In this document: in pieces, positions 13,501 through 26,250 of the stretch | Layout of the letters: each line of letters begins with the position of its first letter | How positions within the stretch are numbered: the stretch's first letter is position 1 | Assembly (NCBI GenBank): GCA_050575255.1 | Contig: JBNZDD010013730.1 | Coordinates: 9,270,381 to 9,334,380, forward strand | DNA from: Harriotta raleighana | Lineage: Eukaryota | Reading direction: 5' to 3' | DNA length: 64,000 nt | Notes under the pieces: generated by a model | Told to the model about the DNA's origin: nothing | Database searches by the model: none | The model's input: the letters and a program-made list of their open reading frames with translations, nothing else | Program-made: the position numbers and the translations under genes

Positions 13501-14154
13501 TGTTGTGGGGTAATGAGAGGTAAGGCAGGAACCTCATAATCTACTTCCAATGTTCTGGAGCAAGAATCACACAAGACATGTGTGCCAGTTTATGGCAGGA
13601 TTCCCCATTACTGACCGAGTCACTCTTAACAATTCCTGTTGTGAATAGCCTTTTCCCCCCCCTCCCCAATCCTATAAAAATGTCAAATCTCTCAGCAGTG
13701 GGTTAGTCTCGTGGCCTGCACATTCTGGACTGGTTATGGAAGAATTAGGAAATATCTTTTTACTTTCATTTGTAAAAGTCCCAAGTCTCATCAATGTGCA
13801 CTAAAAGTCTACAGCAAAGAGTCATAATTATTTATGAAATTGCACTATATTATCACTTAGCGAACCCAAAAGGATGCACAGTATAGGACAAATGGAAAGT
13901 CACACTTGGAGGGCTTGTTCCTCTGAGACTGAGGTTAAAACTTTGTTGTGGCAAAATTGAGAAACCTTCATCTTAAGCTTTATCTGTTCTGTTCTCCCTT
14001 ACCTGGAACAAAAGTTATGCTGATGCTGAGTACATAGAGTAGAAAAATTGTCCAAATACACAAACAGTATTGAAAAGATGTAGCGCTGTACTTTCTCTAA
14101 AGGTCACTTGGGGCAACAACAGCAATAACAGCAGCATCTTAGATTCAAACTGCT

Positions 14155-14265
14155 TATATTGATCCTTTTATTCAATATAGTCCCTTATCATGGCATCGAG
14201 ACGTCTCAAAATGATTCACAGAATTCACTATAAGAAGTGTAGTGATTGTGTATTTGTTTTCTTGT
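14155..14265 (-). mobile_element. SINE 3' fragment
   Basis: 'atatagtcccttatca...gagacgtctcaaaatgattcacagaat...gtgtagtgattgtgtattt'. Confidence 0.6.
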
Positions 14266-14699
14266 AATTTGACAATTTCATACATGGGAGGGGAGCAACC
14301 AGGGAGCTTGAATAGAAAATAAAAAATGTCATCCGAGTAGAAGAGGTCTCTTCTGAGTTTGGCGCTGAGACACAATGTTTGCTGTGAATATGACACTCAC
14401 CAAGAAATGATTGGAAAACTACTTTTAAAATATTCAAATTTGAATACAACAAATGCTGATTTTAATACTGAAATAGTTATTGCTGAACATATGGATATTG
14501 AATTTTTAAAAAAATACAAATAATATTGTAAGTCGAGGTGCTCACGTTACATAAAAAGATTAAGATATATGGTTTGGAAAAAACTTACTGCCAAATGGCA
14601 GACCTGACCTTTTCACAGGCATAAATTTCACGTGGGACACTTTGTAAACAGACAACTTCATTGTAGCAAGATTCTAAAACTTTTGGGTTCTGCTTAAAT

Positions 14700-14930
14700 A
14701 ACAAGAACGTCTCAAAGTGCGCAGAATATAAGGTAAAAGTGGAGTGACTTTATTTGTAGAACATGGCAGCCAATTTGTGCACCACAATGTCTCACATACA
14801 GCCATGAAGTGAATTGGCCAACTCCATCTGGGGGACATTTTGGCTTACACACTGGGAGAGAAACATTGTTTCTTCTCAATAAGTGACCATGGGATCTTTA
14901 GAGTCCATCCAAACAGGCAAAGATTTAAGG
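14700..14930 (-). mobile_element. DeuSINE (SacSINE1-like) fragment
   Basis: SINE tail segment 'ggcagccaatttgtgcaccacaatgtctcac', followed by the Deu-domain motif 'agtgaccatgggatctttagagtccatccaaacaggca'. Confidence 0.65.
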
Positions 14931-17069
14931 TGCTTGTACCAATTTCCTCCAAATCTGTTATTGATCGTAAAGATAATTGCCAATGCAATGTTTATGTGTT
15001 GGCTTAAAGAGTGAATGAATTTACAACCATCGATGGTAACATTTCTAATTCATTTCTAATTCTGAAAACGTTTGCAGACCATAAAACTCCTGTAAGAAAG
15101 CAGGTTCCAGGCATCAGTTGTTACAGCAGATACTATTTATTTAACACATGGACCAATAGATAATTTGAATTCAATCCAATACAATCATATTAACAGCATT
15201 AAATACTGCCAATGCATTGCTTATATACTTACTCGAAGACCACAGATTCAATAGCATATCTACTCAATCCAGAACGCTCAGTCATTGCACAAGTATGTCG
15301 GTTCTAGTCTGTACCTGTTCTTGAGGTTCTCTTCAAATTTGGGCTCTGTTCCTGTTGCCATAGAAGAGGATATAACATATTCCAGGGAGTTCCTGTGGTC
15401 ACACAGCCTTCAATTAGATCTATTGTTTTCTCCGTAAACAACCTTCTGCATCAATTTGTTAAAAGAACACCTTCTGCGAAACTAAAACTGAGCTGCAGTG
15501 TGCTTTAACGTTACCCAAGCAGTAATGATGCTTTGAGCAGTTTGAATCTTTTTAGTGGTCATATGATGGAAGGAGAATTGTGAAACAAATGGGATTTGAC
15601 ATTAACACAGATCCGCCAGAACAAGACCAATGTATTTTGCAATAGCACAGCAGCACCAGGTGTCATCAGTCACCTGGATCATTTAGCGTCTTCCTGTGCT
15701 TCAACGTGAAGAAAACTTCCTGCACTGGCTACTTACAAACCGTTTTCAGCAAGCACCTGTGTGTGTTAACTGCGCGACTAGGTCTATTACAAGAGTTGAA
15801 TCGTTTCAAGACAAATGCAAAACCTTTTGCTTTTTGCGTAGAGATTCTTCAATTTCGTATTTTGACCGTACTAAAGTAGGTTCCAAATTTCCCTTTTTGA
15901 ATTTAAATTAAAAGCAATTCATGAAAAATGTATTAATATGAAAAGATCAGGAAATAAAAAACATTCAATATTGATAGTTGGGTATGTGTGCAGATACAAT
16001 GCCTCATCTGGCTACAGTATATGCACTTGCATGTGAAGCAAATGCACTTGCATGTGAATTGAAACACAGTACAGTGTGCGAGAATGCTGTACATTATTTT
16101 ACCTTGGATGCATGATGTACTGTACATTCAATGTATTCTGTTTGATAACCACTGCTATTTAAATTCAATACAGGATTAATAAAATAATCGATTTGTGCAA
16201 AGCAATGTCCTACAAACATCAATGCAGTGAATGGCCATTTGGTTTTTAAATATTTTCAACAAATCTAAGCATCTCCATTTTCAATAGCACAGGTGCAAAT
16301 TGCTCTGTAAGTACTGTAATAGTGAAACAACACTATCTCCTAAAATCTGGTTAAAAAGTCCAACAAAGAGAGGAAGAAGTGAAGCTATCCATACAATCAG
16401 TCACATTGGGTTGACTTGGAGAAGAATTCTTAAGGAAATCAGAGAAAATCTCTCTACTGATGAAGCCATGGGGGATACAAGGATATTATCCCTCACTTAG
16501 AATGAAGAGACAGAACAGAAGAAATCTTCAGTTGAAGTGTTATGATGGAATAGAATTTAGTTTGTCATTTCAGATCTGAAATTCTGGATTATGGTTAGAA
16601 CACAAAATTGAGATTCTGAATATTTCCGGAAACTCTGCAACTGAGGTTGAATTTTTACATAAAGGTGTAGAGTTTCATTAATTTGAATAAGTATGGGATA
16701 GTGATGCATTGAGAATGACTGCATTATTTCAGGAATTGGGGGAATTATTTGCTAAATTCAGCACCACAAAACAAAATAATCCAATCTTTCGAATCCTTAT
16801 TATTGGACTACCATGAAGAGCTTTTCATGGGAGAATAGATTCTCTCTCTCTCCCCCACCCTCACCTACAACCGTGATTCTTTATCTATCCAGGCTCTGAA
16901 CTGTGAAAGCTACAGCATAGGTCAATTTATGGGGTTCAACTAAAGGGAACAAAATTGGTAACTACTGTATACAAAAATGACAAAAATCAGGGCAATGAAG
17001 CTTAAAGGGAAATTGCAACACATGAGTGAGGGAGACCTGGAAATGTCAGAAGTTCGATAGCTGGTCTTA

Positions 17070-17400
17070 AGCCATTTCAAAGTGCTTCAGAGGGTATAAT
17101 GTAATGTTGTAGAGACTATATTTTGTGAGCAAAATGCTGCAACCAATTACTCACAGCAGTATTCCAGAAGCAGTCATGGATTGAGTTAAATAATAATAAT
17201 TATTAATATTTAAAAGGATTATTATCCCCGGAAAAGCCATCTGCCAATCGAATAATTGGATTCCTACTTGCTGCAAGGAAAACAGAGCCATGTGATGGTA
17301 AGGAAACTTGCCTAAGGTTTTGCTCTGCCCTGGAATTTAACCTGGAAACTCTCTCTTGCGAAGCGAGATGCTCTAACCAATATGCTACTGGACTCCACTG
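17070..17400 (-). mobile_element. Diverged near full-length tRNA-SINE with internal insertion
   Basis: Reverse-complement head 'ggagtccagtagcatattggttagagcatctcgcttcgcaag', then 'aaaccttaggcaagtttccttacc' and the SINE 3' body. About 60 extra bases lie at about 17230-17290. Confidence 0.7.
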
Positions 17401-17871
17401 GACTTTGCTGAGGATATAGTAACAATAAGCGGAGTTCTTGTTCCTGAATTGTTATCCAGTAACTCATCCCGGAAAGAACACCTGGAAATTACCCGAAGAA
17501 AGGGTCAGCATTAATTGTAATTCCTCCAGTCAAGCAGCTAGTCAACATTCACCACCTAGACTTAGAAATTAAGAGTAACCCCTTAGGCAAGGCACCAGGC
17601 AGCTATGAGTGACCATGTTACCGGACTGCAGTTTATGTCATCTTTCCTGGAGGAAGAGAAGAAAATTGGATACTAAAACCTTAACCACCAGGAGCTGTAA
17701 GAAACTCGGTTTTCAATAATCAATTTTAAAATTACCTATTTTGAAATACTATATTTGCTGCCATGTAATCGATTGCAAAGCAATTTTCGTCAAACATTTT
17801 GTATAAAAAGTAACATTTTTATCTAAAAAAGGAAATATTTTTTTCAACAGGAGTAGGATCAGTTGAATCAT

Positions 17872-18045
17872 CAACAACAACAACAAATTATATTTACAGT
17901 ATAAAGTGTCTTTCGTGTTGGGAGGACGTCCCAAGGCATTGCATAGTCAAGGTTATGCACTCGGGCTGGGGATTGGGATCAGGAGGGCAGGGAAGGCTGG
18001 GGGCAGGAGGATGACCAAAAAGAAGTCTTGATTCAACTCGCAAAT
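17872..18045 (-). mobile_element. L2 LINE 3' end
   Basis: (AAC)n tail, then 'aaattatatttacagtataaagtgtctttcgtgttgggaggacgtcccaaggca', the reverse complement of the L2 tail. Confidence 0.6.
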
Positions 18046-18611
18046 TTATTTGCTCTTCGAGTCGTTCCATCCTCTCGGTATCCAAACACTGATAAAATTC
18101 CCAAAATGTAGTACAAAGGGGAGACATGAACACAAACACAAAGCCACTTGCACCATCCTCCATACTGAGAACAGAATCGGAGGATTTTCCATGATCTCAA
18201 AACCTTTTTTTTTAAATCAAACTTGCATATTAATTGTGGTTATGTTATGTTATATTAATGAAAGGTTAAACCAGAGCACAGCGGAGTCATACTGGCACAG
18301 AAACATGAGGAGGAACTTTTATTTTAAATGACGTGAATAAAGTAAACATCACCTCTGATCCGGATATGGTCGTATTTAAGCAGAATTTGTTTTTAAACAG
18401 GTACCTTCATAGTAACATTGGATTCTGCAATTAATTGACGCCGTGTATTCTTCGGTTTTACTTAACTAGAGTTTGTTTTATCAAAGCCCTGCCTGGTACA
18501 ACACTAAGCCATAAAAAGCAAATAATCACACGTTTGAAGACCTGTTCTGCTCTAAATTAGCAGATTTCAGCCAGGACAGCAGGAGCACTGTACAATCAAC
18601 CAGTGCCCGTT

Positions 18612-18815
18612 GCTGGAGTCCAATAGTTGTGGTGAGTGCGGTTGCCTCGCAAACAAGAGAATCTGGATTCGAACCCTTAAAACAAACTTGATCACTATGT
18701 CTGTTTGTGGGACATTGCTGTGCGGAATTGGCTGCCGCCCACAAAATACAGTCAATCCATTTTACAATATATCCTGTGAAGCGCTTTGAGGCGTCACAAC
18801 GTCAAATGCATGGGT
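18612..18815 (+). mobile_element. Internally deleted tRNA-SINE copy
   Basis: tRNA-like head with B box 'ggattcgaacc' joined to 'tgtttgtgggacattgctgtgcggaattggctgccg...gtgaagcgctttgag'. Confidence 0.7.
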
Positions 18816-19244
18816 TGTTTTTAATGTATGGATATCCAGGATTGAGTTCAGTACCCGTACCATCTACAGGTCCAAGAGCCTTGCAAACATTTCCAGTCAA
18901 GGCTCCCTCATAAAAAATTGTCTGCTTGGGCAAGGTACCGAAATGAGCCCGTGTGGGAAAAGGAATAAATAGCCTACAGGAGAGAAGGGAGTAGGAGAAA
19001 CAACCGCGAGATTAAACAATATTGATCTTCAGCGGGCTCGTCTGCACGCCATTCAAGACTGGTGTCTGGAAGTTGCCGGAGATGACAGTTGCCAAGCTTA
19101 TCCTGTCCGCCCTCCTGCTCTACGGACGGGACGATAACCACAGGGTAACGATAACGGTGTAAAGTTAAGCCCGATGATGGCTTCAGACCATTCCCATTCC
19201 CTGCCAGTCTCACTCCCACTCCCACTCCCCCCCCACCCCCACCC

Positions 19245-19440
19245 CCAATCATCCTTCCACTGGAAGCTGGGCTGGGAGGACCCACACTCCTTTTCAATCT
19301 TCCAGTGCAGCCAATAGAGGGGGAAAAAAAATGTCTCCGTCAAAGATTGTCAGAGGAGCCAATGCTGGGTCTTTATCTGCTTCACGTGACTACATTTTCC
19401 CCCTGTCTTTCACATGGGGATTATATAGTTCAATTCAGTG
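19245..19440 (+). promoter_or_regulatory. Core promoter motif cluster
   Basis: CCAAT at 19245, 19311 and 19359; E-box TCACGTGAC (USF/TFE-type) at 19382-19390; TATA-like TATATA at 19422-19427. All lie upstream of a GTAAGT donor. Confidence 0.5.
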
Positions 19441-19830
19441 CTGCAGACAGAAGCAATGCTCGAGCAATGGGATGGATGTCTGCACGCAGCTGTCTGTCTG
19501 CCTCCAGAGTGTCCCGACTCAAGCGACTTTCCAATTAGTTCGTGGAACTTTGTGGTCGCTTCCTGATTCGTCTCGTCCTTTAAAGAGTGAAAAAGACACC
19601 CCCCCCCCCTCCTCCCTCACCCCCCCCCCCCCCCNNNNNNNNNNNNNNNNNNNNNNNNNNNNNNNNNNNNNNNNNNNCCCTGCGTCGGAAGAAGAAGACT
19701 GATTTACAAAAAAAAAGTGTCCCAGCCACTGAACTGTAAGTGTCTCTTGTTTTAATCCNCCCCACCCCCTGCACACGGCGTCGGAAGAAGAAGACTGATT
19801 TACAAAAAAAAGTGTCCCAGCCACTGAACT
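19440..19830 (+). other. Putative non-coding first exon (start approximate)
   Basis: Follows the motif cluster and ends at 'gaact|gtaagt' (GT at 19831; a duplicate copy has GT at 19736). No convincing ORF. Confidence 0.4.
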
Positions 19831-19853
19831 GTAAGTGTCTCTTGTTTTAATCC
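19682..19853. repeat. About 77-bp direct duplication across a single N (probable assembly overlap of two haplotypes)
   Basis: 19682-19758 versus 19778-19853, identical except A9 versus A8; N at 19759. Confidence 0.85.
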
Positions 19854-20631
19854 ACTTTGCGTGTCGCTTAAATCGCCCCGTTGTGCGGAGAAAGAATTGC
19901 CCAACTGAGGGCTCGGGGGGGGGGGGGGACTTCTGCGAACAGGGCAGGGAAGAACGTGGAAGTTTGCGATGTATATATTATATATATTATATGTATATGT
20001 GTGTGTGTGTGTGTGTTTTTGAAATAGCACAAAGTAAACCTTAGATCGCTGTCTTTTTTTTTGTGTGGGGGGGGGGGGGGGGGGGGGGGAGAAAGAGAAG
20101 TCAGCAGCCTGAGGGGGGGGCTGTCTGTCTGTGTGTGTGTGTGTCTGTGTGTGTCTGTCAGGACTGCAGTACAGGCTGACTGTGAGCACAGGTCTGTCTG
20201 CCTGTATTATTCAGGAGAGCCGGGACCAGATGAAATATGCATTTGGGGATAAAACGACCCGCCGTGTCCAATCGGTTGACTGTGAGCAATCAAAAGCTGG
20301 AACAAACTTGACTGACCTGTCGCAAGGGCCAGTAGCCAGTGTCCAGACAACTCGGGAGTTTCAGCTCGTCGCAAAGAGTTGCTGAGGGAGCAGGAGCTGG
20401 GAGCAGGGGGAGAGGGAGAGGGAGGGAGGGAGGGAGAGACTGTAAAACTGCTGAGCTCTGAAAATTCAAACAAAGGGGCGAGCAGGAGGGATTTTTTTTT
20501 TTTTTGGGGGGGGGTGAAGGCTGACATGAATGAATGTTTCCCACATGATTCGGACATTCAGTGCCGAGTGGATGCTGGGGTGAAGGTGTGGGGCTAGGGA
20601 GAGGGGCTAGAGGGAGAGGGGCTAGTGAGGG

Positions 20632-20652
20632 CTGCTGCTGCTGCTGCTGCTG
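20632..20652. repeat. (CTG)7 microsatellite
   Basis: Read directly from the sequence. Confidence 0.95.
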
Positions 20653-20799
20653 GCCGGCGGGGTTCAGATTTTGCATTCTGGAAAGCCGAAATGTGCGGAA
20701 AATGTACGGTTGCGAGAGTTTACGCATCAGGCATTTTTCGTGAGCAGTTTTCTTCTCTCTCTCTTTGTCTACCTTCATGTCGTCTACACCTCCTCCTCC

Positions 20800-21030
20800 C
20801 CCCTCTCTCTCCCCAACCCCCCCCTTCTCTCCCCAACCCCCCCCTTCTCTCCCCAACCCCCCCCCTTCTCTCCCCAACCCCCCCCTTNNNNNNNNNNNNN
20901 NNNNNNNNNNNNNNNNNNNNNNNNNNNNNNNNNNNNNNNNNNNNNNNNNNNNNNNNNNNNCTCTCTCCCCAACCCCCCCATCTCTCCCCAACCCCCCCCC
21001 CCTTTCTCCCCAACCCCCCCCCTCCCCCTC
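20800..21030. repeat. C-rich minisatellite, unit about CCCCCCTTCTCTCCCCAA (about 20 bp), interrupted by an N gap
   Basis: Several units on each side of the gap at 20888-20960. Confidence 0.85.
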
Positions 21031-21921
21031 CTTCCCTCTTTCACCACCCACTGCGAGCTGAGACACCTGAAGGCTAGACATAATGATCAACAGAGCTCTA
21101 GCCTGTCTGGACAGCAGCCAGGTTTTTTTTTGTGTAACTACAATCAAGGAGCCCCGCACGCAATGCAATGACAAGTCGGTTGTGGGTTCCTGCTGCTGCT
21201 CGGTGGCTTCGGTAGAAACATTGCTCTGCATCGGCTCTGGGCAGGACTCTGTCCAAAGGGGGGGGGGGGGGGGGGGNNNNNNNNNNNNNNNNNNNNNNNN
21301 NNNNNNNNNNNNNNNNNNNNNNGGGGGGGGGGGGGGGGAGCCCTTTCTTTGTTCGGAATCAAACGTTTTAACGTTACCTCACACCAACTAAAGCCGAGGG
21401 AACTTTGTGCAGAGTTTGATCAGAAACAGACGCCCCCCCCCCCCCCTTTATTGTTGAGTTGAGACTCTTTCCTTTCACATCACTCTNTGGAATCAGCTGA
21501 GTACTTTCAATGCTTAACTGATCGGATGCAGAGGGGCTAGTGTAGCGATCAGTGGAGGTATTCTGACCCCCCCACTGCATCAATCTCGCCTTTGTCTGTC
21601 TAGCCCACCGCAGCGAGTGTGGAGACATGTCGAAGCATTGAAATATTTGTGCAATGGAGAGAGAGAGAGAGAGGGGGGGGGGGGGGAGGTCATGCTTTAT
21701 TTCGGGGCTGCTTCATTTCTGTCAAATCGTTTATATTATAAGTATTATTACTATTGATTGCGGAGGGAGAGAAATTCATTGAATGCAGATATTTTGTTTG
21801 GGGTTTTTGCGGCAGTGTCTGCATGTGTCTTATCATGTGTCTGTCCACACAGGCAGGTAGTTTAAATGTGTTTTTTTTTAAAAAAAGTAATCTTTCTTTC
21901 TATGACCCAATTTGGAAACAA

Positions 21922-22064
21922 CTTATTCAAATTGGAGGGTTGCTTTTGAAAATTAATGCTAACGTTGGATCAGTGGATGTAACCCAANCTTATTCAAATT
22001 GGAGGGTCATTGCTGGTTGCTTTTGAAAATTAATGCTAACGTTGGATCAGTGGATGTAACCCAA
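21922..22064. repeat. Tandem duplication across a single N; copies differ by a 10-bp indel
   Basis: 21922-21987 versus 21989-22064; the second copy has an extra 'cattgctggt'; N at 21988. Confidence 0.9.
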
Positions 22065-25000
22065 TGCCCTCTTACAGCCCCCTATAGTATGGAAGTAGAT
22101 TTTAACTCGAGCAGTTGCATTTTTGCTTTTTTAAATATATATATATATATATATATATAAAAAACACACACACAAAAGTATTGAAGTGGTTTCAATGCCA
22201 GACGCTGTTGGAATCACAAGTCTTCAGAATCGCCGATGCATTTAACTTCCATGCCACAAATGTGGCAGACATTCCGCACCACCAGCTCCAGACAAAATAC
22301 CTACTTGCCAGGGTGGCTGGCTCTTTGAAAGCCGATGGCTTGCACAAGGGGGAAAGAATTTCACTTCTTCTGTGGTGATCGACTGAATCGGGACACAGCT
22401 GTGCCTAAGTGCACACACACAATTGATTTGAAAAGGAAAGGGTGCTAGCCTGACTTACAGCCCCATTAAACTTTACAATACAAACCAGACCCTTCCTTTA
22501 TTACACCTTATTTCCCTACCTGGATTTAAATACGAATCAGACAGTCATTTGCCTGCCGTGACGGCTGTGTTTGATTAAAGAGGGACAAAGGGTTGGGGGT
22601 GTGTGGGGGGGGGGGGTAGGTACAGTTTACATAACCTTCGGACGGCAGGTGTGTCCGAAGACGATGGAGGAAGAAGCCATGTGGCTGCTCTAGCCTCAGG
22701 TGAAAACTAAACCGAGGAATACAATATTATTATTGGGATTGATTGTTATTAATATTTCTAAAAACGCCTAATGAACAAATTGTGTGACAAGGAACAGGCT
22801 TAAATGTTAACATTATCCGACAGCTGAAACAAGGGGATTGCCATGTTAAATTCTCCAGCCTGAAAAAATGTGCTTCACCCCCTCCCATCCACTGGATGAG
22901 TTCTACTGTCAAAAGCACCAGAGATCCTCTGCCACAACTCGCTGACTCCTAACTCCCAATCATGTGGACTTAGATTAGTTTGATAGAATTAGCAAGTAGT
23001 CATAACAAGGGTTCTTGTGAAATCTAATCTAAAAAGCGCGATCTATTAATTTTCTGAATTCTTCCAAAGCAAACGCGAGGAGAAAATGAAAAGCTGGTGG
23101 ATAATTGCACTGTTGGTGATCCCAGTATATTCTTTGGAATTACCATGTCTAGAAAAGAAGAAAGCCGAGTGTCGCATGATGAAGCCACAGGGGTTGTCTG
23201 GACCTTTCATACAGTGTAATGTCTGTTTAGTTAGTGCCCCAGCCGGGGTCAGCCTTTGCCCTCATGTGCTCCTCCCTGCTCCAGGTGCAGTCCCTTGCTG
23301 CTGTCTTTGCATGAACTGAACAGGATTGTGGTGATGTAAGGTATGCATCAATCCCAGGCACTGAATACTGCTGAGTGGGCCAAATTAGGAGTCTACATCT
23401 GTACAATCTCTGCACAGCCAACTGTATTGAATCCACTGAATGCATCCTGGTGCACTAGCTAAATTTGCATTATTAAGTATCCCGCTGCTCCATAATCAGC
23501 CAGTGTGTCCAATATCGTTTTACAATTAGTTTAAACCTTTGAAGACTCCAGGAGTCTTTGGTGGCAATGATACCATTTTTTGAAATAAATACTAAGGGAA
23601 GCGTACTTATTTTGTTCTCCCAACAGATCTGCAATTGCTTAGAAATAGTCAATGTTTTTAATCAAAAGTTCTGAAGAATGCGTTTTGTTTGGAGAGGGGA
23701 AAGGTAATTTATGAATACCGAGACAGTCCTTGAAGAGTTAAATGCAGAAAGTTGCCCGAGGGAGTGAAGACAGGAGGCAGTGCAATGTTGGCAACAGCTT
23801 CGAACAGCTCTAAGCTGTTGCCATAGCAAATTTGACATTCAGTGCAATCAAACATGGCGTTGGAAACGCAAGTCTGCAAATGGAAGAACTTCACACAAAA
23901 GCTCTCTGTGAGATGACTCATGTTTGAAGATAGCTCAGAAGAACTTTCATTGTGAAAATTGTGGAGTAATTACATCTCCACCACTCTGACATCTCAGATT
24001 GATCCCACTGCTCGGTCGGTAAACAAAAATTTCCAGGCAAAATTTGCTGAGAACTCACAGCCTTTGAGTGGCTTTACAGTTCATGAGCTAGAGTAAGTGT
24101 ATGATAATGTAATAAGTTCCATGTTGCGTACAACACCCAAATGTTCTATTAAACAGATTTTTTTGTTTAAAAAAAAGCCAAATGTATAAAACAGGCAACA
24201 GCTATTTTTCCACAAAGAGAATGACTTATAAAAATAGTTTCAAGGAATTGATCATGGGAAATTGAATCAATTTATACAGAATGGAATAATGCTTCTGCAC
24301 AAAACAGCTCGTTGGCAGGAATAGGAGGGCCTTCTTAGATTTTATCATCTCCCCACCAGCACCCAATAAACGAAAATCACAACAGTGTTTTCATTCATCC
24401 CAATTCTGTGCATTGTTCCAGTCAATGCATTTTACCACAGATTTGATTATCAGTGAATCTTCCAATACGTTTCTTCATACTAAATGTGTTCCCTGTAATT
24501 CATTTTACCACTCTGTGTCTGAAAGACAAAGCAAAACCTCACGACGATCAATAATTGAGCAGCCAGCAATTGAATTCTGTGAAGAGATGCATTCAAAATC
24601 AAAAGCCCAGACATGCTGTGAGCTTGACTGTCTGGTTGGATTGCCACAGACTTGTCGGGAAAGCTTTGCTGAAAAACTCCATCTTAACGCAACATTATAG
24701 AATTCCACCATTTCGTACATTAATCCTTTTGAGTAAATTCAAGGGCCTGCAGCTAACTCTGCAGAGCCAACTATGTATAAATAGTACAGTTACAAATAAG
24801 ATGCTCATATAGCCCACTTGGATAAAGGGATCTTTATACAGAGACAGAATGTTTCTTCACCAATAGCACAATTATTTGTCATTTTTTAGATACCGAGGAA
24901 AGGATCTATCTGGATAACCTAATTCTTGACGATTTCTGCTCAGTGTGGCTGAGATGCAACAGGATAAGAATTTCCAGCACTCATTTAAAATGCATTTCTA

Positions 25001-25789
25001 TTTTTAAAACATCAAGAAGTTTAAAGACTATGTTCAACAATTATTTTGACCCCCGGTGCCCTTTTGGAACATAGCTTGGTAACAGAGCACCATATTTTCA
25101 ATGACTCGCAAATTGTGTTTTGATTGTCTTATTTAATGGGAAATACGAGGTACTTTTGTAAAATTCCCTATATTTTTTCCTCACTTGTGACCAAGGGGCT
25201 TCCTGTAAAGTTAGACCAGTTTCATTTGTTGTACATTAGTTCCACTCTGGGTCATGCAGCCTTTTCTCCAGGCACTTTGCCAGGGTATTCAATTTCCTAT
25301 TTGTGGATCATGATTTATATTTTATGAGGTTGTATATTACAAGAATCAACCTTTTTTTTAACTCCCCAAAGCTTATTTTGACTTCTAACTTCCAGGACTG
25401 ACTGTGCAAACAAATGCAAAGTCTGCAATATTTAGTTTAAAGGCAGGAAAGGAAGAACAGGACACTCGTAGGATTTTTAAAGGAGCAAAGAAATGTATGA
25501 AGTTAGATTTAGGGCAGTCAAATCTGTGGGATTTTCAAACATGTGTACCTTACATGTAGAATATCAAGAAGACTGCAAGAATGATAATTTTTTTCTAAAC
25601 TATTGTTTCTTTTCTCCTGAGTGTTGATACTCCTGCTGGGTATGATTTTACCAATGACAATAAAGAGGCCTGATGGGCACAATGACTTCCTCTTTTTCCT
25701 GTTTTCCTATGTCCTTAGAAACCTTCTGGTACTTGCTCAAAAGATGGATGTATCTAACCTTGTTGAACAGGTTGAATAGTCCTGTTGCG

Positions 25790-25935
25790 GAGTTGTGTAG
25801 TTTAGGGATTAGAGCACTCGCTGTCACATTTCTTCCACAAAATATACAGTCATTCACTTTACAGTGCATTCAGTGAAGTACTTTGAGACGTCTTGATAAG
25901 GTGCTACTGTATATCAATTGCATGGATTATTATTA
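25790..25935 (+). mobile_element. Head-tail deletion derivative of the tRNA-SINE
   Basis: 'tagtttagggattagagcactcgc' (A-box region) fused to 'cacaaaatatacagtcattcactttacag...ttgagacgtcttgataaggtgcta...gcatggattattatta'. Confidence 0.7.
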
Positions 25936-26099
25936 ATGTAGGCATTGTTTGGATTCCACATGGTATATGAAAGATGCCTTGACTGAAAGAAAAGTCCATT
26001 TGTTAATGTTTAAGACCCATTGAGATTTCACATAATGTAAATCCACACACTGATTGACGGTCACCAGATAGCAGTCAGAATTAAGAGCCCTGACCGATA

Positions 26100-26250
26100 T
26101 TTCAGATCCCTTATCCTAATCTCTGAGGCCAATTATACACCTTCATCAATAATCTTATCACTCAACACCAATCAGAGATTGAATCTGAGATCTTCTGGTT
26201 TATACGGATCAGCACTGTACCATGTAAAGCATGTATCTACCAATCCACCA
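26100..26250 (-). mobile_element. AmnSINE2-like 5' fragment
   Basis: 'tgaggccaattatacacc...cactcaacacc...cagagattgaatctgagatcttctggtttatacggatcag' resembles the reverse complement of the AmnSINE2 head as recalled. Confidence 0.45.

Larger units (their letters stand above)
18950..21650. promoter_or_regulatory. CpG/GC-rich island, putative major promoter region
   Basis: Visibly higher GC and CpG than the flanks, no recognisable retroposons, G/C homopolymers and GA-rich tracts typical of vertebrate 5' ends. Contains three N gaps. Confidence 0.6.

Noticed and set aside
16021-16058. 21-bp tandem duplication (also 11-bp at about 15040 and 10-bp at about 43537)
   Set aside because: Ordinary slippage duplications with no further structure.
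17939-17949. 11-nt match to the 5' end of miR-153 (TTGCATAGTCA)
   Set aside because: It diverges afterwards, has no hairpin, and lies within an L2 tail.
20290-21231. 313-aa minus-strand ORF with polyQ, and overlapping Pro/Gly-rich ORFs
   Set aside because: These are translations of G/C homopolymers, the minisatellite, (CAG)7 and an N gap; no recognisable domain.
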